This document shows positions 34,262-46,386 of a stretch of DNA of 64,000 nucleotides, one piece after another. Source of the DNA: Podarcis cretensis. Its lineage: Eukaryota. The notes beneath the pieces were generated by a model, which searched no databases, was not told the origin of the DNA, and worked only from the letters and a program-made list of their open reading frames with translations. The DNA is taken from contig OX638149.1 in NCBI GenBank assembly GCA_951804945.1, positions 103,478,001 to 103,542,000 on the forward strand, given 5' to 3'. A program made the position numbers and the translations under genes. Positions within the stretch are counted from its first letter, which is position 1. Every line of letters starts with the position of its first letter.

Positions 34262-34560
34262 AAACAACAAAAGAGGCTTGTAGCACCTTAAAGACTAACA
34301 CATTTATTACGGCGTCAGCTTTCGTGGACTTAAGTCCATTTTGTCAGATGCATGAAGTGAAGTTGGCAGGTATATAACAGAGGAAAATGGGAGATGGGTG
34401 TTGAATGGCAATTGGATTCAAGAATTACAGAGAGTGACTATTAGAGCTTAAGCAGATGTTAAATAGACCCTTTACAGCAGAAGATTGGTGATAATTGCTG
34501 AAATCATTGTATTAGTAGGGAAGGGATCCATTTGCAAGAAACAATCATAGATAGCACATA
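34262..34560 (-). mobile_element. Penelope-like element 3'/pLTR fragment with degenerate hammerhead motif
   Basis: Minus strand: TGCATCTGACAAAATGGACTTAAGTCCACGAAAGCTGACGCCGTAATAAATGTGTTAGTCTTTAAGGTGCTACAAG...TTGTTGTTT, the layout of vertebrate Penelope termini. The right boundary is uncertain. Confidence 0.65.
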
Positions 34561-35966
34561 GATAGCACAGATTGGTTTACTGATTCATAAGAGGACCTGT
34601 GCTCTTATCCCATAACTGCTAAGCTTCATTTTCTAGCAAAAGTGAACTGCAGATCAAATGGACAGCACATGAATTATAGCAAGAAAACAGATCAAATAAT
34701 TAAATACTGCTAAAAGCTTTATTTTCTTAAACTATTTGCAAGCATCACCTTCCCCCCAGTCTCTTTCCCATGCTTCATTCCAGCATAATCTTTGATCATA
34801 TGTAACGACACCTCACTGATATCATTACAGTGGCATATTTGTTTTAATGGCCATTGCCATTCCTGGCTAATCATTGGCACTTGCGTGGCATAAGAAAACT
34901 GTCATTCACAGAGGGAATTACCAAGGCCTATAAAGAAGCCATGTTTTCCAGACCATAATAGATACCCCCCAAACGTACTTGAGTACACCCTTCTTGTTAT
35001 ACAAGCCTTTGAAGAAGGATTGAGGTGCAGCACTGTATACTGATGTAGGCCATTTCCCTCCTCTTAATGGTATCGTAATACCCAAATGTGAAATAATCTC
35101 AGCTAACAGCCACCATAAAATATTTTTTAAGAGTATGTTTTATGGGAAAAGCAGCTGAGTTGGAATGAGCGCACACAGCTCAAGCGTTGCTTTGTATACT
35201 AATTATCTACATCAATGGATGTGCGAATGGGCTCAGGGCACTTTACCTGCTGGGCTGAGCAACTTGCTTGTAGTCATTCGGCGTCGACTCTTCCTGTGGG
35301 CACCTGACTGTTCTGTGCATCACATCACATTGAGTTATGTCACGTTATGTCACATCATAGATGAGACATGACCCAATGTAACCTGACACACTGCCAGTGC
35401 CTGCATTGCACAGGATCAGAGAGCCACGCAAACAGGGAGGAATTCTTGTCAAGGGCGGCGAATTCAGCCCTGCTAGCCAGGATGCTACAAGTCCTGATCA
35501 GTGTGTCCATTAGCTCAGGTATTTATTGAAATAGTTGGCCAATCCCCGAGATATAAATTCAAGAATTTTCTCTGCTTGTGTTTATTTACAGCACTTTGAA
35601 AACAATAATCTCCTCACTACTTCATCTAAATGAAACAGCAGCACAGCCAATAAAGCATATATAGAAAACAAAGTCAACTCTCTGCATATTAATAATACAC
35701 ATTTAAGATTTATCAGCTGCTCTCCCTTTTTCATTCTTTGCTATGTCATTGTGTCTAACAGCTGTAAATACAGATGTCTGATAAAACTTTGATAAACAAA
35801 CCCGTTACCTTTGAATTGGGAGCAGGGGAAGGACTGTAAATTCCAACTATCATTTAAATATAAACTAGATTGGGACATTAAGCTAAAAAAAAAATCTATT
35901 GTCTGTGTACATTTTTGTACAATGCATTTCTATTGTGTGAACCACCTCCTGAACACTAATATAGAC

Positions 35967-36222
35967 CATGGGTAGGCAAACTAAGGCCCGGGGGCCGGAC
36001 CCAGCCCAATCGCCTTCTAAATCTGGCCCACTGATGGTCCAGGAATCAGCGTGTTTTTACATGAGTAGAATGTGCCCTTTTATTTAAATGCATCTCTGGC
36101 TTATTTGTGGGGCATAGGAATTCATTCATTATTTAATTTTTTTCAAAATATACTCCGCCCGTCCACCCAAGGTCTGTGGGACAGTGGACCAGCCCCCTGC
36201 TGAAAAAGTTTGTTGACCCCTG
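35967..36222. mobile_element. hAT MITE, copy 1
   Basis: CATGGGTAGGCAAACT...AGTTTGTTGACCCCTG; 8-bp TSD ATATAGAC/ATATGGAC; second copy at 56331. Confidence 0.85.
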
Positions 36223-36882
36223 ATATGGACACATGTTTCTCATCTCAGTGCAATGAGAACTAGTGTCTTAGGTAAGAAAGGTGCAGAAACATACCTAGGG
36301 TCACTTGTGCCCTTGGCAAGATGCTGTGCACCCACCCACACCATCCAGCGGTGGTTCAGGCTTCCCTACAATTGCTATTTTCATAACAACAACAATAACA
36401 AAAAGCACACGCTTTAATTGCATTCCTGTAATTGATGTCACATGTCAATTCAGTCCTGCCAGGCCCAAAGAGCCACTGGGTCCAGCAAACTGCAGAGAAG
36501 CCATGATAAACCAAAATGGATTGGAACAGTGGAAATGTGTTCACCTCTGTACATAGAGAGGCTCACCATAGGTCACTGATAATGGCTTCCTGATATGCAG
36601 GCTTTATTATTATTTTTAAATTATTTATTTAACTTCAGCCCTTGTGTTGGTTTTTTTTACCTAGTTCTTTATTGGCTCCATTCATTGTCTTATGTATTTC
36701 TTTCCTGCCCCTATACTGAGCATGGCGCTGCAACACACCATTTCATTTGTTTCAGTTCTCGATTTTGTGATCCTTGTTGCTGGCTCAATTTCACCAAGCG
36801 GGCTGTAATTCCTAATCCAGATTTTACAACCTCTAGTTAGTCCCTATGCAGTTCTGCCTTTTTATTCACGTTGTTGTCACAA

Positions 36883-37096
36883 TTTTATTGATTTGTTTAT
36901 GTCCCACCTTTCCTTCAAGGAGTTCAAAGTGGCATACATGGTTCTCCTCCTTCTCCATTTTGTCCGTGAGGTAATTTAGGCTGAGAGATTGTGTACTGGC
37001 CCAAGGACACCCAGCAAGCTTCATGGTTATGTGGGGATTTGAACCCTAGTTTCCCAGTTCCCAGTTCAGCACTCCAACCACTACACCACTGTGGCT
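36883..37096 (-). mobile_element. MIR/CORE-type tRNA SINE
   Basis: RC A-box CCACTACACCA, RC B-box GGATTTGAACC, RC CORE-like GGCCCAAGGACACCCAG. Confidence 0.65.
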
Positions 37097-37283
37097 CACA
37101 TTATCTTGAAAACCATGAGCTGAGGGAAGTTTGTGGAAGGAGAAATTTCACACACCCAACCCCACAGGCTTCTCCTGCAAGTGGGAGGAGCCTCTGGAAC
37201 AGGATAGGGCAAGGAGGTTTCTGGAATAGGAAGAAATTGCCACAAAGCTCTGGCGTATCGCTTATTTGCCCATTTTGAGAAGA

Positions 37284-37462
37284 TCCTTTTTGAGCTCTTT
37301 GTAGTGCACTTGGATTTTCACTGTCCTGAACAATTTTGTGTCATCTGCAAACCTGACTGCCTCCCTGCTCATTTCGGTTTCCAGATCATTGACGAGCAAG
37401 TTAAATAACATTGTTCCCTCAGGGAACCCGGTGCTTACTTCCCTCCATTGTGAGAACTGTTG
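37284..37462 (-). mobile_element. CR1 RT fragment
   Basis: Minus strand translates LFNLLVNDLETEMSREAVRFADDTKLFRTVK. Confidence 0.75.
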
Positions 37463-38789
37463 AATTTCCTATGGAAATCAATGTGAAAGCCCCCTTCTCT
37501 ATTCATTTACATGACAATGAGTCACATTTTGCTCCATGATAGCTACTTCCAAGTATGTGTGTGTGTGTGTGTGTGTGTGTTTGCACATAGGGTTGCAGCT
37601 TTGAAATGTACTTAACTTTGGCTGGACTGTGCCCAAAACCCACATCCAAATCACCAAATTTGCTTGAGATAATTTTTACGTAGCTATTTAAGCATGGGAT
37701 ATATGCATACATTTCTTTCTTAATTCCCCAGCCAAATTCTGAAGTAGGTAACGACAAGAGAATTGCTTTCTCCTCCCTTTGGATAGTGGAGCTGATGTCG
37801 TATCGCTAGCTTCATTTCCACAATTTGGTGTCCAATATGTAATCTGATCACACACCTCGTGTTTTGTGAGTCGTAGTCATGGCGTTAAATTGAATCACAA
37901 ATCCTACATTAGACTGACATAAATCTGATTTTGGCCTGAACTTGGAGTGTTTGAAATACCAAAACGCTACTCACTGATCCCTAATGAGAAGTAATCAAAG
38001 AATTTAACCAGCAGTACAAACACTTACACATTGCTACAGATGTAGCCAAATTGACTCAAAGTGGTTTGCTTTTCTGTATGAAAGATGTGTGCAAATATAC
38101 CTTACTGACATTTACTCTGTTCTAATGGAATCTATAAAGAGGGAGAGAAACCATGGTGTCTTTGTTCTCCAAAGGGATACTTGTTCTTTCAACATACCCT
38201 ACTTCTGACCTTCCACAATGGCATAGCATGCTTATGGAATGCAATACACAATGCTGTATAATACAATTTAGAAATTAACCAAGCTACAGGAATACAATTT
38301 GGATAGCTCCCAGCCCGCCTGCTTTTGCCACGTTCCAAACACCCATCATTTGTTTGAGGTTCCTTTCTCTCGTCTGTTGCCAGAAAACCAGCTTGGCAAC
38401 TTTTGCTGCCCAAAATGATCCCATCTATCTGATCTCGGGGCTTGTGATTATGTTGTCTTTTTAAAATCTCCACTTCAAAATGCCGAGAGACAATATAATT
38501 TAACATTGGCGTGGGTAATGACATGCTCTGGGAAATAAAGATACCTAGAAGATCAATGCCATTTCTCCAAAGTAGCAGGGGAATGGGGGGTAGCATAGAA
38601 ATAGGACTGAAATCAACTTTGGCTGCGTTTGCAAAGCCTGTTTTCTGAATGTGTATGAGGAGCAGGAAGCGAATGGAAATGTTCTAGGTGTGCACAATTT
38701 AATACACAAGGAAGTTTTTCCGTTTTTCATTCTTTTCTGTCAGGGATGCTGGCTTGCTACAAGGAAGGGCTGTAGCGGAGGACCCATGA

Positions 38790-39050
38790 TGTGCATGTTA
38801 AAGATCCTAGGTTCTGACTCTGGCATTTCCAGTTATGGCTGGGAAAATCTGTCTGTAGAGAGCCACTGTCAGTACCACGTCAGATGGATTGATAATAGAC
38901 ATTTTGCTGTGCTTTTATTATGCTGGAAGCTGCCCAGAGTGGCTGGAGCAACCCAGTCAGGTGGGGCATAAGTAATAAAAATAAATGAATAATTTATTCA
39001 TACATTATTATTATTATTAGGCTTGATATAAGGCAGCTTCCTATGTTCTG
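38790..39050 (+). mobile_element. tRNA(Ala-like) SINE interrupted by an L2 3' tail (~38900-39019)
   Basis: SINE body, then GGAAGCTGCCCAGAGTGGCTGGAGCAACCCAGTCAG...(ATT)n, then the SINE end ATAAGGCAGCTTCCTATGTTC. Confidence 0.6.
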
Positions 39051-42000
39051 TCTGCCACATGGAATTCTGAAATCTTATTGTCCGGTTTCAGAATCAGGGT
39101 TCTGCAATACACTGCACTGCTTGAAATGACATCAGGGTGATTATGGAATGCAGAGTGATGTAAAACAGCAAGGTAGAAACTGGATAGGACAAAGAGATAG
39201 AAATACATAATATTATTGGTTGTATTTCTGTTCTCTTGCTCAGGACAGTCAAAAGGTTTGTCAAGGGAAAATCTCTCTCTCTGTGTCTGTCTCTTTCTCT
39301 CTCGACAGAGGGAGAGACTTGTTCACATGTCACACTGAACACAGGTACAGGTTGTTTCTACAGATGTAGAAGTGTTTTGTATGAAAGAGTGTACACAGGT
39401 TGATTTTTACAGCTCAACCACTGTTTACACAGGTACACAGACTGTACACTTGTTGAATGTTACATGCGAATATCTCTATAAGCCAACCACGGTAGACAGG
39501 GTAAAGAGGGGTGATAGGAACACATCTCCAAAATGAGCACAATTGTCGGGGGACCAGTAAGCAGCACTAGCAGCGCAGGATCTACGGGAGCTATACCTGA
39601 CCCTTATGATCCCAATACATTGCCATAGAAACCAGCAACGTATTTTGGGGTGTATAGGATCCTGCTTTAACATCAGGGTTGCTGTTTTTGCTCAGGCACA
39701 GCAATAAATAAACCCATTTCTAAACACTTCAATGTTGGCATAGCATGTTTTCGGACTGAGTAGTGAAAGGGTTTTTGCCATACGACCTTTCACTCTTTAG
39801 ATATTTTTCTCAGTCACTTACCAGAGTGCTCTCTCTCAACAGATGGAGGGATACTGTTAGTTGCATCAGCTGAGATTGGCTTGATAGACCAAGCTTGAAG
39901 TCAACAATGTTTTTCACTTCCATGGGTGCATCTAGCACAGCAAAGGATGTTTGTACAATTGACTGAAGTGGGAAATAAGTTTCCTTAAGTGTATATTGAA
40001 TTGTACCCCCAGGACTTGATTCGGAGAAGCTGGCATCGCTCAGGGGGGTTACTTAAGTTAACATGTCTGAAAGTTGGTTGTCAATGATGCTTATTACATC
40101 AGTCTTCTAAAAGAGTATAATTTGGGGAACAAGGCATTAGTAATAATGTTGCAGAAATCCATAACTGCGACGTTGAGAATATGAATCTGCCCAGTGCATG
40201 ATGTTATGCAGTAGTTCAAGCCAAGAGTCATTTACCTCTTCTTTGATTGTAATCTGAGCTTGTGCATTTTGTTCCTGGATGGGAAAGGCTTTGAGTGCCT
40301 GTTGCTGGTGTCATCAAGAGCATGTGATGGGGGTCTGAATTCAGAACTGGGCTTGGAAAAAACCAAACCATTTTCCAGTTCCTTTAGTTTGCCAAAATCT
40401 ATTTTGGTTTGCCTGATCCAATACCGAATCATGCCACAGAGAGTTTGGTCCATGTGTAGTTATTAATCGCTTACATGGTCAAGATGGGTGCTCAGTCATC
40501 ACCTGTAGAATTCTAGAGTCAAGGACCTGGAAATAACTTAGAAATGTAGTAGACAGAAGGGCTGCCAAAACGAAAGCAAGAACAGCCCACAATTTGAAGA
40601 GCGTAGCACTAAAAACACAAAGGGGGGCAAGTTAAGGGAGAAGGGAACAGGTGAGCACCCTTAGGCAGCTTTGAAGGTGAATGGTGTTTCTGGAGCCAAG
40701 CTGTTCTGGGTTTTGAGATCTTTAGCCAGGATATGGAATATTCTTGAGGCGCTGTTGCCTGCAGTTGTGGGGCCCCAGGATGGGATTAGGGTGGAGAGCT
40801 TTCCTACTCACCAAAAAGTGAGGTGCAGGCTTTGGGGCCTTGTTGTGTCCCCTTGTCATGGATAGAGTTTGGCTCACCCAAGCTGGCATTTGGAGATTAG
40901 CTTCCCACACTTCTCATTTTGCCTGCAGATGCTCTTAATTACACATGGCCCTAGTCCAACCCTTTTTATGTGTCTTATCTTTTTATTCCTGGGTCTGATC
41001 ACAGATTGGTGAAATGAGTAAGATGATAAAGAAAGGCAATTTATGGAAGTTAAAGGAACTAGGACTGTGGTCCATGGAAAGAACTTGTGATTAACCCCCT
41101 CTGCATTAATATAGCATAAAAAAATATACTACCTTTCCCCCAGCTGCTCAAAACACATACACAATTGCAATAGCCTTGTAAATTAGATGAGTGCAATTAT
41201 GCCACTATAACAAGGGATGGAGTCAAGGGTGAGGATAAGATAATGGCCTGCCTTGGTCTACTAGTGAGTAGAAAGTATAAGGAACCTGAGGTCCCCGAGC
41301 TCTTATGGGACTGCAGTTCCCATCAGCCCCATCTGTCATGTCTAGGATGATGGGCAGTGTCATCAAGGAAGTTTTGGAGGGCCACAGTTTCTCTGTCTCT
41401 GTTACAGGTTTGTCGTCTATGCTGGTCTCCTAGTGCAGCAACAGCTCTTGTTTATTTCAAATAGTAGCTCAGTGGCTAACCAAGAAAGGTTGTATATATC
41501 AAACCGGTAAAAGGAAATGTGGTACAAACCTGCTCAGATGCTCATGACACAGGTGATTACAACACGATGAAACGAAATGTCGTAAGGCTCAGTGATACAA
41601 GTTTGATGGCATATCACTTTGGAGGGGTGGTGAATCAGTGATAAAGCCAACATGGTATCATGTTGATGGAATGATAAGTGGCTGCCATCATCAGCTAAAC
41701 ACGACTTCTGATACTATTAAGGCATACTCTAGTTGGGTTTACTGCTTCTTACATTTGAGCTGGCTATTGATGTTCCTGTGCTTCACTGTTTTGATTGTAA
41801 TTCTCTGAGAAAGGAGGTTAATGAAGACTTTCACTACAGCCATCCTGCTCAGACCAGCTTAGCCTTTTTCTTCCCTCTCTCTTCTATCCAGGACAGCTAA
41901 GAGAGGAGAAGCTACATATTGCAAGATAGGCACATGATCTCTGCCAACACCAGCAATGTTAATGCAGGGTGGTATTGGCAGGGGAGAGGAACGCACAACC

Positions 42001-42319
42001 TGCCCCCTGCCTGATGATTTGCTCACACAAATGCCTCTCCCCAGGTGGATTATGAGATAGGAAATATGGCTAAATGGGGAGGGGTGGTGGGTGGGGAAGG
42101 CAAGATTCTAAGTGTTGTATTCAAAGTAGTGTTAAATAACTCCTAGCAGGAGCAGAACAACTTCCGCTACTGCGATGGTATGACATTGACAGAGTGATAA
42201 CTTATCCACAAACAACATGTTCATTTCCTCCCCCATCCTGCCATGATTTCTGGCAAAACAGATATTGCAGGGTTTTGTAGTACGTAGCTTGGAAATGTGC
42301 CACACCTGTTTCACAGCCA

Positions 42320-42430
42320 CATAGACTCATGGAATGACAGAGCTGGATGGGAACCTCAAGGGTCATCTAGTTCAAGCCTTGCAAGGCAGGGATCTCAACT
42401 ATAGCATCCATGACAGATGGCCATCCAGCC
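42320..42430 (-). mobile_element. CR1 3' end remnant
   Basis: GAGCTGGATGGGAACCTCAAGGGTCATCTAGTTCAA is the RC of the CR1 tail seen at ~9630 and ~58200. Confidence 0.6.
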
Positions 42431-43593
42431 AACATTCAGACAACAATAGCTCTATCGTACTCCTTCATCTTTTTGGACAATTATGGTCTCTGACAAACTT
42501 CCTTCAATCAAGTCAATCAAGCACTGGTCTTAAAGCGGTCTTCAGGAAGCTACACTGATAGAAGCCCACATGCTCTGTAGGTCTGTTTTGCCCAATCTAT
42601 CAAATGCTATGATAAGCCCCCAACCTCTCTCACCACCAAGGAAATAAAAAAAGTGAATGGAAAGAAAAGCCACACATGTGACGCTGACACCAAACCCCAC
42701 GAATACACTAAGTAGAAAAATAGAAGCATAACCACCCCACCCCACCCCACCCCACTCGCCATTCCCCCTCCCCCTTTTCCCCCCAACCACTACTGCATGC
42801 AACACTAATGTCTCACAACAAACATAACTGATCTACAGAAAATGCAACTTGAAAAAAGAAACGATGCACGTATTTTTTTAAACTAAGAAATCTTTAATAA
42901 ATTATTTTTTTAAAAAAATAATGCTGTAAGTTGCACTGCATTGTTCTTTTAGCAGACGGGTGTCATGGACGATAATCTGAACAATGGCTGTTTTCTTGTT
43001 TCTGCTTCTCGTTGTGCCTAAACAAGAAGTGCAGGAGGTAAGTTGGGGGTGTAGAATGATTATCTCTTTTCAGCAACAGAAGTTGATCCAACAACATATG
43101 TCACCTCTACCTACTCCATGTCTGATAAGTAAACCACAGGGCAGTTCTGGAGTGATCCGCCATGTGTGGTTTGCTTCTAGTGATAAATAACCTTTCAAGG
43201 TGCCAAGTTCTGCCAATCAGGGCATATGCACTTCAGTTTCCAGCACTTCAGGTAGCGAAGTGGGAAGCACTGAACCTGATATTTGAAAAGTGCACCTACT
43301 CCTCCAGCTTGCCCTCAGCAATCCGTCATAACATTGTGTAGCGTCTCAGCTAAGAGAGGAGAAATTGAGCACACACTTTAGGAAAGGAAGCAGGGCTCTC
43401 CAAAGCAGGTGATAGCAGGGTGACATAATATGAGGAGAAAATAGGGGCTATTGTCAGTATTTCAATGTGGTGCTAAAGGGGACACACACACACACACACA
43501 CACAAAAAAAACACTGCCTCTGTGTGGGAAGCAGCAAACTCCACACATTCCCTCTTCCACATAACTATTAAAAACCTGGGAGTTTGACTCTGG

Positions 43594-44073
43594 TTTTTTT
43601 TTTAAATAAATAAATAAATAATATATTTTTTATTCAGTTTTCCAAAAATTTAACACATACATTTCAGTACATAGTAAAACATGTTTTCTTTGTTGTTTTC
43701 ATTGACTTCCCACCCCCTTTTCCATGGTGTTTTTAATTCTCTCCCTCTGCTGCAGCAGACCGTCTTCTCTTATATCTTAACAACACTGCTATAATATTTA
43801 AGTTCTTCTGTTGCTCATAGTTCAAATCCTGCTCGTGTTCATCATATAATAATATTTCTTCAAATAGTCTGAAAAAGGCTTCCATTCTTCCACAAAACCT
43901 TTGCCATTAGGTTCTCTTATTTTGGTTGTCAACACTGCCAATTCTGCCTAGTCCGTCACCTTACTTATTCATTCTTCTTTGGCGGAAACGTCTGGTTCCT
44001 TCCATTTTTGTGCCTAAAGAATCCTACCTGCTGTTGCAACATACACAAACAGCTTAATCATCTACTTTGGGGA
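43594..44073 (-). mobile_element. older L1 3' fragment (ORF2 C-terminus with stops, 3'UTR, A-tail)
   Basis: Minus strand reads LFVYVATAGRIL*AQKWKEPDVSAKEE*ISKVTD*AELAVLTTKIRE...FVEEWKPFSDYLKK, homologous to the C-terminus of the 25467 ORF (FMYATAAARILIAKYWK...EEDWKKFKAYLQK). Confidence 0.8.
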
Positions 44074-46173
44074 CTTCTGTCACCCCTGGAGTCAGTGCAG
44101 TTATAAAACAAAGGTGGAAAAGCTTTCTTTCAGCCCAAGGGCCACATTCCATTGTGAGCGGCCTTCTGGGGGCCGCAGGCTAGTGGTGGCTGAAACCAGA
44201 GGCGAAAAGGTGGATGGTGGCCACGGGTGTGACCTGCATTCCAGCCAGAAGTCTATGCTGGCAACCAGCAAGCAAGAGGGCATGGGAGGAAGAAACAGAG
44301 CTGGGTCAGTGAAGGGCATGGCCTAGGGAGGGGGGCATGACTTAGGGAGGAGATGCGACCTTCAGAGAGCCCCAAGAGCTAGAAAGATGGAGAGGCCTGC
44401 TTGAACAGTTCAGTACTGCCTACACTGACGGCCAACTGCTCTCTGTTCTTTTCCTAGCCTTACCTGAAGGTGCCAGGAATTGAACCTGGAACCCACTGCT
44501 GCTGCTAAAACCTTTGCAAGCCACATCCTCACACTCTGCCCACTGAGCTACAGCACACAAATGTTACACAAACACACACACTTCACTTCATTTCTAATGT
44601 CTAAAAATACGGTCCACTCCTAGAGGCCTGTTCCTTGCTTTACAACAGTGCAGCCAGCTCAGCCTCTTGGTACATTTAGTCACTCTGCTTTATACACCCT
44701 TGGGACCATAGAAGAATGATAACAGGGTGGCTTTCCTCAGATTTTTTTTCCATGCATGTTTGCTCACAATAGCATAATGTTGCCCTTTGTGTCCCTCCCT
44801 TTAGGTACGACCTGGGTCCAGCTGACCTGGGAGTTGCAACACGGACCTGTATAAAACATAGCATCTCACGCCCATTTTGTTGATGAACTCTGGCTGATCT
44901 GTTTTATTTCCACATCAGCTGAGGTAATACTGTTCTGTGTTACTGCTGGCTGACCTGGAAATAACACAAACAATGTGGACCTCATCCAAAACAAAAACAT
45001 AAATTGGGAGTCAAGCCCCTTGAAAAGAAAATAAAAAAACTGGCCTGTGGATCTTCATCCCACCTCAACACCTTTGCAAAGCTGTTTTCCCCAAAGCTCC
45101 TGACTTATCACCTATTCACATGCAACCTTTTTCTAAAAGAAGCGACTTTTCTGTCTTCATCCTCAGTGAACGAGGGATGTGCTGACTGTGTTTGTGTGTG
45201 GCAAAGCGAGACACAGAGAGGTACTACGGACAGAAACAAATGAAGTGAGTTTTCTGTAGATACTCCCCCCTGCCCCCCTGCCCAAACGTGAGAGATGTAT
45301 TCAGGAATGTTGTGCTTAAATATATCCCTGAATACAGCATGCACACATTGTGATTCAGGTTGTTAAATGTGTGAGCAGACTTGGGGAGAGGATGTGCTCA
45401 TGAATCCTCTGTGTGCTTTAGTTAATATACTACGGAGAGTATGGAAGGCATTTTCCAGGGAAAGCTGTTGCAATGCCCTGTTTTCCCCACTCCTCCATGT
45501 AGCTTGTGGCCCACCTAGTACAGCTTAGGGTCTCCCTGGGATTCCTCCTTTTCTGAAGAAGCGAACCTCTTGGCGATCTGACACCAGATCTGCTAGACAG
45601 ATGAGCTGAAAGAGTCACTTTCCTGCAATGATTCAGGAGTTAACTGCACAGACTGTAAGGCAGTGAATCACAGCCAGGTTCTTCAGCTCTGTACTCAGTA
45701 GACACATAATTTTCCTGAAATGCTTGCAAAATCTAAGGTCATGAGATTACAAGAGAAGAGTTTGGAAACACCAAAGTTTCTGTTCCTTCTTCTTGGACAT
45801 ACTGAACTTTGCCATCCAGCTTCTCTCGAACGGACTTTCCTCCCCCCTCCCCAAACTGTTTCCACATAGCACTCTTTATAGAAAACTGTTTATGGGAGGT
45901 GTGGAGGCCACACAGTTTTCAAGAAAACCCATTCTGATAGCTGCATAGGTGCAATCCTGTGGCCGAAGTTGGAACTCTAATGTTGGAAGCATCACAACTA
46001 GGCAATGCTGGAAAGCAGCTGGGATCTAAAAGATCCTAAAGTCCCTCAAGCAGAGGGCAATTTAGACATGGGAAAACAGAGCATATCTAAATCCCACCAC
46101 CTCCTTGCTCCAAGGGGGAGGGAGAACACGACAAAAACCAGAAGATTGTTTCTCCACTCTCACTTCATTAAAG

Positions 46174-46386
46174 TAATACAAACCTGTAATGCTTTGACTG
46201 AAAAAAATATATGGGGAAGCAGAACTTTTAGCAGCTCTTGAAGGTGCTGGGATTGCTCAGCCGGTAGAGCATGAGACTCTTAATCTCAGGGTTATGGGTT
46301 CAAGCCCCACCTCTGGCAAAAAAATCCTGAATTGTAGCAGGTTGGGCTAGATGACCTGCATGGTCCCTTCCAACTTTGCAATTATA
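46174..46386 (+). mobile_element. tRNA-Lys(CTT)-derived SINE with CR1 tail and 5' leader, copy 2
   Basis: GCTCAGCCGGTAGAGCATGAGACTCTTAATCTCAGGGTTATGGGTTCAAGCCCCAC (tRNA head from 46246), then CTAGATGACC...GGTCCCTTCCAACT. Confidence 0.8.

Larger units (their letters stand above)
33440..34628 (-). mobile_element. old CR1 LINE ORF2 (RT) fragment carrying nested inserts
   Basis: Minus strand reads IKDLELGLSDEVAKFGGNTKLFR (decayed FADDTKL) and ERDLGVLLDNSM...TQCAAAVKRVSSMSGIIRKGIENK. CR1-like sequence resumes at ~34575 after the inserts. Confidence 0.75.

Noticed and set aside
46246-46318. Apparent tRNA-Lys(CTT) gene (also 9385 and 52118)
   Set aside because: Stem-disrupting substitutions and direct continuation into a CR1-type tail show these are SINE heads, not functional tRNAs.
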